This document shows positions 58,140-64,000 of a stretch of 64,000 nucleotides of DNA, in pieces. Location: the NCBI GenBank assembly GCA_963775425.1, contig CAVZJB010000013.1, positions 96,001-160,000 on the forward strand. Reading direction: 5' to 3'. Position numbers and translations under genes: made by a program. The stretch comes from an uncultured delta proteobacterium (GTDB lineage Bacteria; Myxococcota; UBA727; VGSZ01). The notes under the pieces are model-generated. The model had not been told where the DNA came from. It saw only the letters and a program-made list of their open reading frames with translations, and searched no databases. Position 1 is the stretch's first letter; each line of letters begins with the position of its first letter.

Positions 58140-60194
58140 CTAGAAGGGCTCCCCGTTGTATTTCGCGCCCCGGTCACCACCCGGGACAACAAGGACCGGT
58201 TCCTGCTGACGAGCCCACAACGCTCGCGCCGCAGAGCGGAGCTCCTCGTAGCGCTCCGGCGGAACGATACGTTCTTCGACGCGCATGGTCCGGTTCAGCC
58301 AGAAAGCGCCGTCTGCGACCGCCCATTGCTCCTCGACGTTCAGAATCGATCCCTGTTTGGTCAAAGAAGCCGGGAGGGATTGCACCCCTTTGCCGTCGGG
58401 CATCTTGACGGAGAGCTTCACACGATAGACGGCGCGGTGGTCGAGCACCACGGGAGCTTTGCGACCCTCACGCCAGAGGAAGGCGAAGGGGCGGCCCACG
58501 GCGCGCTCGGGGACGACGGCGAACGGTTTGTCGTCGAGCGGAGGGAGGGGCTTCACGCGGACCTGGAGCTTCATCGGCTCGTCGACGTCGGCCCCGCGCT
58601 TGCTGGCGACACGGAACGCCTCGAGGAATTGCAGGCCGGGCATGAGGTCGGGCGCGCCGGCGGTGTCCCCGAGGAGGAGGGGACGCAATCGGCCCGCGGG
58701 GTCGTCGCTGTCGAGGGCGGCGCGGGCGGCGGCGGCGTCGACGCCCTGGAGCGTGGCCTTGACGACGCCCGACAGCGTGCCGTCGTCCTGCATCTGCAAA
58801 GCGACCTCGACGGTGTTGACGTTGTCGTCGGGCTTGTCCTCGGGGAGATCGATGAGCTCGCCGCGGTCGGGGTGGACCAGGATGCCCTTTTGGCCCTGGA
58901 GCGCGCCGGGCAAGCGCCCCGTCGGGAGGCCCGGCGTCGACGGATCGATCCAGGCGTATTTGCCGCCGGCCGGGACCGCGATGACGACGTGGTTGAAGGG
59001 CGCGGGCGTCGCGAGGTCGGGGACGGAGGCGAAGGAGCCCTGGCGCGAGACGAGCACGGGGAAGCCGTCGAGCCCGAGCTGTCGCAACAACGCGAGGCCG
59101 AGGCTCGCCTGGTCCTTGGCGTCGCCGACCTTGTTCTTCAAGACGTCGCCGGGCGTGTGCGCCGGCAGCGCCGCGAGGTTCAAGAACGTCGGCACGTCTT
59201 CGATCTCGTCCTGGAGGTAGCGCTGCACCGCGCGCAGCTTGGCGCTCTTGCCGCCCTTGTTCATCGAGCGCGCGACGAGCTCGGTGCTCTTGTCGGGCTG
59301 GTCCTTGCCCTGGACGAGCTCGCGGTACCAGGCGGCGACGTCGTCGACGGTGGAGAAGCCCTTGCCCTCGTGGCCGCGGTCGGGCTGGTAGTGCAGGAGC
59401 TGCACGTGGACCTGCGTGGCGAGCGCGCTCGGAGCGGGCGCCTGGCCTTCGGGGAAGAGGGCGGGCTCGCGGTTGAAGATGAAGACCCAGCGCGTGCCGG
59501 GGAGGCCCTCGCCGTTTTTGGGCGGCGGCTCGGTCACGGCCTTCACGCGCGTGGGGATCTGCGTGGGCTTGATCTTGTTGTCGACGCGGCCCTCCTTGGT
59601 GACGCGGAAGGCGACGTCGAAGCCCTTGGGCGCGTTGACGACGACCTCGCCGCGAACGAAGGGGAGGTCGCCGCCGACGGGGACGGGCTCGAGCCAGCGC
59701 GGGTCGCGGACGAGGCGGAGCACCACGGTCTCGATGACGTCGCCGACGCCGGCGCCGTGGACCTTGGTGACCTTGTAGCCGTGGCCCTCGTACAGACGCG
59801 CGGCGGGGCTGTTTTGCGGGAAGCGGTTGACGTCGAGGAACGCGTCGGGGTTGGTCTCCTCGACGGAGCCGTCCTTGTGGATGACGCGGCTGCGGATGGA
59901 GATGATGCGCGAGCGATCGTCGAAGGGCACGAGCACGCGCGCCTGCGCGAGGCCCTTGTCGGTGACGATCTGCGTGCGCCGCGTGCTGACCACTTCGGCG
60001 ATCACGCGGTCCTTGCCGGCGGGCGGGTAGTAGCTGACCTCGGTGCGGTCGAGGAGGATGACGGCGGGGGCGTCGGGGAAGTCGCCGGCGTCGACGCGCT
60101 CGCTCGTCGAGAACTTCTCGACGGGCGGACGCGGGTGCGAGGCGCACCCGGCGAAGACGGCGAACACGGCGGCGAAGCGGAGCGACCGGAGCAT
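58140..60194 (-). CDS. DUF3857/transglutaminase-like lipoprotein (catalytic Cys replaced)
   Basis: FAGC lipobox; APAVILLD, VGDVIE, GDAKD (vs GDCKD), FNHVVIAV, WIDPS, ERYEELR. Confidence 0.85.
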   Translation of the reverse strand: MLRSLRFAAVFAVFAGCASHPRPPVEKFSTSERVDAGDFPDAPAVILLDRTEVSYYPPAGKDRVIAEVVSTRRTQIVTDKGLAQARVLVPFDDRSRIISIRSRVIHKDGSVEETNPDAFLDVNRFPQNSPAARLYEGHGYKVTKVHGAGVGDVIETVVLRLVRDPRWLEPVPVGGDLPFVRGEVVVNAPKGFDVAFRVTKEGRVDNKIKPTQIPTRVKAVTEPPPKNGEGLPGTRWVFIFNREPALFPEGQAPAPSALATQVHVQLLHYQPDRGHEGKGFSTVDDVAAWYRELVQGKDQPDKSTELVARSMNKGGKSAKLRAVQRYLQDEIEDVPTFLNLAALPAHTPGDVLKNKVGDAKDQASLGLALLRQLGLDGFPVLVSRQGSFASVPDLATPAPFNHVVIAVPAGGKYAWIDPSTPGLPTGRLPGALQGQKGILVHPDRGELIDLPEDKPDDNVNTVEVALQMQDDGTLSGVVKATLQGVDAAAARAALDSDDPAGRLRPLLLGDTAGAPDLMPGLQFLEAFRVASKRGADVDEPMKLQVRVKPLPPLDDKPFAVVPERAVGRPFAFLWREGRKAPVVLDHRAVYRVKLSVKMPDGKGVQSLPASLTKQGSILNVEEQWAVADGAFWLNRTMRVEERIVPPERYEELRSAARALWARQQEPVLVVPGGDRGAKYNGEPF

Positions 60195-60237
60195 CAACCG
60201 CGACCCTACGCCACCCGGCGCGACGGGCGCGAGCGGC

Positions 60238-60573
60238 TCACGGCGGGTCGATGACGTCGCCGTCGCCGTCGCAGGCGGAGACGACGTCGTCACGCGTCTT
60301 GGGCGCGTAGTACCAGTCGGTGATGTCGCCGGAGAGCGCGCAGCCCGCGACGATGCCGTCGGTGGGGCAGCCGCCGTCGACGGCCTTGCCGCTGAGCGCC
60401 TGGCAGGCGGCGTCGAAGCCGACGGACTGGATGTTGCGCCGCTCCTGGCAGCGGTCCTCGGGGTTGTCCTTCTGCCGGAAGTCGCAGCCGACGGCGCCGC
60501 CGCATCCCGCGGCGGTGACGACGACGACGACGACGGCGGCGGCACACATCAGACGAATCATGGCCCGCATCAT
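60238..60573 (-). CDS. Small Cys-rich lipoprotein
   Basis: AAGC lipobox; CPTDGIVAGC...WYY pattern. Confidence 0.75.
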   Translation of the reverse strand: MMRAMIRLMCAAAVVVVVVTAAGCGGAVGCDFRQKDNPEDRCQERRNIQSVGFDAACQALSGKAVDGGCPTDGIVAGCALSGDITDWYYAPKTRDDVVSACDGDGDVIDPP

Positions 60574-60633
60574 CTCCGCGCGCCGGCGGCGACGGCAACG
60601 CGCGCGGCGTGCCTGTCTCGTTCCGAGCGACGC

Positions 60634-61837
60634 TCAGAGGCACTCGTCCACGCCGTCGGTGATGTCGGCGACGCACAGCGCGCCGCCGGCGTCGACGTGG
60701 ACCATGGCGAGGGAGCGCCAGGCGTCGGAGACGGTGAGGTCGGCGTGGATGACGGGGCCGAAGGGATCCCCATGGGAGAGCACGGTGAGCGTGAGCGGCG
60801 CCGTGCCCGCGCCGTCGTAATAGACGGCGCCGACGAGGATGGTGCCCCGGGGTGAGCTCGTTGACGGCGATGATCTCGGGGTCGCCGGGCGCGCCGCCGT
60901 CGATGCGCAGCGGATCGCCCGACGACGACGTGCTGCCGTCGCCGTCCCAGTCGGGGCGCTGGAACGCGCAGCCCACGTTTCCGCATTCGAGCTCCGTCTG
61001 GCAGCTCGTGGCCGGCGGCGTGAGGGTGCGCGGGCGCGCGCGGGGGTCTTTCTCCAGGAGCCGCAGCACCAGAGCGTCGAGCGCCGGTGAGATCCCGTGC
61101 AGCGGCGCCGCCGCCCGCGGCGACGGCGGCGGCTCGCTCGCGTGCCGCATGATGAGCTCGAGCGCCGTCGACGCCGAAAACGGCGGCTTGCCCACGAGGG
61201 CCTCGAAGAGGATCACGCCGAGCGCGTAGAGATCGAGCCGCGGGTCGTCGCTCACGCCGTACAGCGCCAGCTCCGGCGAGATGTAGCCCGGCGTCCCCAC
61301 CGCCACCCCCGTCTGCGTCAGCGACACGTCGTCGACGACCTTGGCGACGCCGAAGTCGAGGATCTTCGCGAGCGGCGGACGCCCCGCAGCCTCGACCACC
61401 ATGATGTTGTCGGGCTTCAGGTCGCGGTGCACCACGCCCGCTTCGTGCGCCACGCTCAACCCGCATGCCACGTCGCGCGCGAGCCGCACCGCCGCCGCCG
61501 GCGCCAGCACGCCCTGCCGGCGCAAGAGCGCGCGCAGGCTCTCCCCGGGGAGCAGCTCCATCGCCAGGTACAACACGTCGTCCTCGGCGCCGAAGTCGAA
61601 GATGGTGACGACGTGGGGGTGCGTGAGCCGCGACAAGGCCGCCGCCTCCCGCTCGAAGCGCGCGGCGATCGAGCGCTCCCTCGCCAGCGCCGGCTTCATC
61701 ACCTTCAGCGCGACCTCGCGGCCGAGCGGCGCCTGCTCGGCGACATAGACCGCGCCCATCCCGCCTTCGCCGAGCTTGCGCGTCACGCGATAGCGCTTCC
61801 CGACGACGGCGCCGACGAGCGGGTCGCGCTCCTGCAT
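60634..61837 (-). CDS. Hanks-type Ser/Thr protein kinase with C-terminal extra domain; +1 frameshift near 60848
   Basis: LGEGGMGAVY, VALK, HRDLKPDN, DFG, GTPGYISPE; the shifted frame continues TILVGAVYYDG...DECL*. Confidence 0.85.
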
Positions 61838-61906
61838 GGGACCGGGCGCGCCGCAAAGTGTCCGCCCGTTGAACGCCACCCGTCGTTGCGGGACAATGCA
61901 TCCGGG

Positions 61907-63748
61907 GTGTTCTTCGAGACGCGCGTCGACCCACCGTCGACGTCACCGGAATTTCAGGCGAGCGCCGAGGCGCTCCTCGCGGGTCGCGTGCGCGACGCGC
62001 GCACGCAGGCGCCCGCGCGCGCGGTCGACGCTGGCGACGCGCTCCTCGCGGTCGACATCCTGCGCGCCGAGTGCCGCGAGCGCCGCGCCCGCGCCCTCGC
62101 CGTCGCCGCAGCCCGGAGGTTCCCCGGGCACGCGCTGCTCGCCCTCGAAGCCGCGCGGGCACGCGTCGCGCAGGGACAGCTCGCGCGCGCCGAGGCCGCG
62201 CTCGCCCCCGTCGCCCCCGGCGACATCGTCGTCGACGCGCGCGCCGGCGCGCTCCGCGCCGTCATCGCCGCCGCCGCCGGGCGCGACGACGACGCGCGCG
62301 CGGGCATCGCCAGGTTCGGCATCGTCGCCGACGCCGTCGTCGAGCACGACCTCGGCCGCGCCGCCGCCCTCCTCGGCGACCTCGCCGCCGCGGTCGCGCA
62401 CCTCGAGCGCGCGCGCGCCCTCGCGCCCCGCTTCTGCGGCGCCGCGCTCGCGCTGTGCGAGGTCTTCGTCGTCGAAGGCAAGCTCGACGACGCCGATCGC
62501 GTCCTCGCCGACTTCACCCGCCGCGGCGACGAGGACCTCCGCGTCGACGTCATGGGCGCCGCCATCGACACGCTGCGCGGCTCCGGCGCCCGCGCCGCCG
62601 CGAGGCTCGACGAGGCGCGCGCGCGTTGGCCGCGCGTCCCCGCGGGCGCCGCCGCGCTCGCGCCGCTCGACGCCGCCCTCGGGCGCGCCGCCGCGGCCGC
62701 GCGCTCCCGCGGCCGCGTCGACGACGCCGAGCGGCTCGACAGGTTCCGCGTGGCCCTCGGCCCTGACGACGCCCCGCGCGACGACACACCCTTCGTCGAC
62801 GACCACGACGTCACCGACGCCTCGGCGGACGCCGCCGCCGCGAGCGACACCGCGAGCGACACCGCGCCCACCCCCCGCGCCCCGCTCCAAAACGACGACG
62901 ACAGCGGCGACGAATTTCAGCTCACGGCGCAGCCCGCCGCGAGCGACACGGAGAAGATCGTCCGCCGCGACGCGAGCGACACCGAGAAGGTCCGGCGCCG
63001 CCAGGACAGCGACCGCGACGACCCCGTGTCCGCGGCGGCTGACTGGAGCAGGAGCCGCGCCGTGGCGCTGGCGTCGGCGGGGCCGCCGCCGTCGCCGTGG
63101 CCGATGCGGATCACGGCGGCCGTCGCGGCGGCGCTCGTGGTCGCGGTGGTCGTCTTCTTCGCCGCGCGCGAGGCGCCGCCGCCGCCCGAGGCCGCGGTCG
63201 CCGTCGACGACGCGGCCGCCGTCGCCGCCGCGCGAGCGCCGAAGCCGAAGCCGCGCGAAGATCCGGCGCCGCCCGCGACCTTCGCCGCCCGCGCCAGGAG
63301 CTGCAGGCTCACGGTTCCCGCCGTGCCCGTCGGCGGCCCCGTCGACGCGCTCCACCCCTCGCGTTGCACGCCCCTCACCGGGATGCTGTGGAGCGGGGAC
63401 ACGCGCGCCCAGGGCTGGCGGCGCTGCGCCGTCGACGGCGGCGACGCGCTCGTGCGCGCGGACGGCACGGTCGCGGGCGTCGTGCTCGACAAGCTGCGCG
63501 GCACCGTCGCCGACGTCGTGCCCTGGTCCCTCGAGCTCGGCGCCCTCCACCCCGCGAGCGAAGACACGCGCCGCGCGCGCGCCGTCGTCAGCGAGGCCGA
63601 GTGTCACGCCGTGACGCTGCTGGTCCACGCCACGTGCGCGCCGGGGCTCGTCCGCTTTCGCAGCGAAAAGGGCGTCAAGGTCGCGAGCCCCGCGATGCTG
63701 CCGAGCTGTCGCCCGACGTCCATCTACGTCGTGAACGGCTTTCTCTGA
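61907..63748 (+). CDS. TPR-containing membrane-anchored hypothetical protein
   Basis: TPR-like repeats (HDLGRAAALLGDLAAAVAHLERARALAP), acidic linker, TM, Cys-containing C-domain. Confidence 0.7.
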   Translation: MFFETRVDPPSTSPEFQASAEALLAGRVRDARTQAPARAVDAGDALLAVDILRAECRERRARALAVAAARRFPGHALLALEAARARVAQGQLARAEAALAPVAPGDIVVDARAGALRAVIAAAAGRDDDARAGIARFGIVADAVVEHDLGRAAALLGDLAAAVAHLERARALAPRFCGAALALCEVFVVEGKLDDADRVLADFTRRGDEDLRVDVMGAAIDTLRGSGARAAARLDEARARWPRVPAGAAALAPLDAALGRAAAAARSRGRVDDAERLDRFRVALGPDDAPRDDTPFVDDHDVTDASADAAAASDTASDTAPTPRAPLQNDDDSGDEFQLTAQPAASDTEKIVRRDASDTEKVRRRQDSDRDDPVSAAADWSRSRAVALASAGPPPSPWPMRITAAVAAALVVAVVVFFAAREAPPPPEAAVAVDDAAAVAAARAPKPKPREDPAPPATFAARARSCRLTVPAVPVGGPVDALHPSRCTPLTGMLWSGDTRAQGWRRCAVDGGDALVRADGTVAGVVLDKLRGTVADVVPWSLELGALHPASEDTRRARAVVSEAECHAVTLLVHATCAPGLVRFRSEKGVKVASPAMLPSCRPTSIYVVNGFL

Positions 63749-63787
63749 CGGCGCCTGGAGGAGGCGCACCGTCGCCGCGGAGCTCGC

Positions 63788-64000
63788 TCAGCTCACCAGG
63801 CGGCGCACCGGGGTGTACGTGGCGGCCGCGAGGGCGACGGCGGCGGCGAAGGTGCCCACCGCCATGAGCGCGGTGTCGGGGCCGACGGCGAGGAAGCCGA
63901 AGTCGAGGCCGACGACGTGGCGCGCCAGCACGTGCAACGCGAGCTCCGTCTCGTCGGCGAGGCCGCCGGCGGGCGCGTGCCAGATCTGGGGATCGAGAAA
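63788..64000 (-). CDS. 3' end of a hypothetical membrane protein (partial)
   Basis: Open frame FLDPQIWHAP...TYTPVRRLVS* from the window edge. Confidence 0.55.
   Translation of the reverse strand, partial: FLDPQIWHAPAGGLADETELALHVLARHVVGLDFGFLAVGPDTALMAVGTFAAAVALAAATYTPVRRLVS

Noticed and set aside
57650-58140. Integron integrase gene next to the array
   Set aside because: No ORF with tyrosine-recombinase R...HxxR...Y motifs in any frame provided.

Overview
Very GC-rich bacterial DNA. The gene content (FHA-sigma54 activator, AgmX-like C-terminal domain, Cys-rich lipoproteins, Ser/Thr kinase, PilZ proteins) points to Myxococcota/Deltaproteobacteria. About 60 CDS can be supported, including an RNB exoribonuclease, plsC, recX, xseA, a four-gene type IV minor-pilin operon, the SRP RNA (ffs), lspA, a kynB-like/kynU/kmo operon, a FliA/WhiG sigma factor followed by two FAM151/menorin-like genes, iscA-like, yacG and a REC-GGDEF protein. 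The most striking region is a less GC-rich island at about 53.4-57.7 kb. It reads as an integrase-less, integron-like gene-cassette array on the minus strand. Three single-gene units are each bounded by their own 10-11 bp GTT/AAC inverted repeats and separated by related but atypical attC-like hairpins, with an attI/Pc-like head. One site is interrupted by an ISKra4-like element and another by a truncated group II intron. Many genes have a TANNNT hexamer exactly 6 nt before the start codon, suggesting widespread leaderless mRNAs. Three +1 frameshifts in otherwise intact genes are probably assembly errors. All calls come from reading motifs by eye; no database searches were run.
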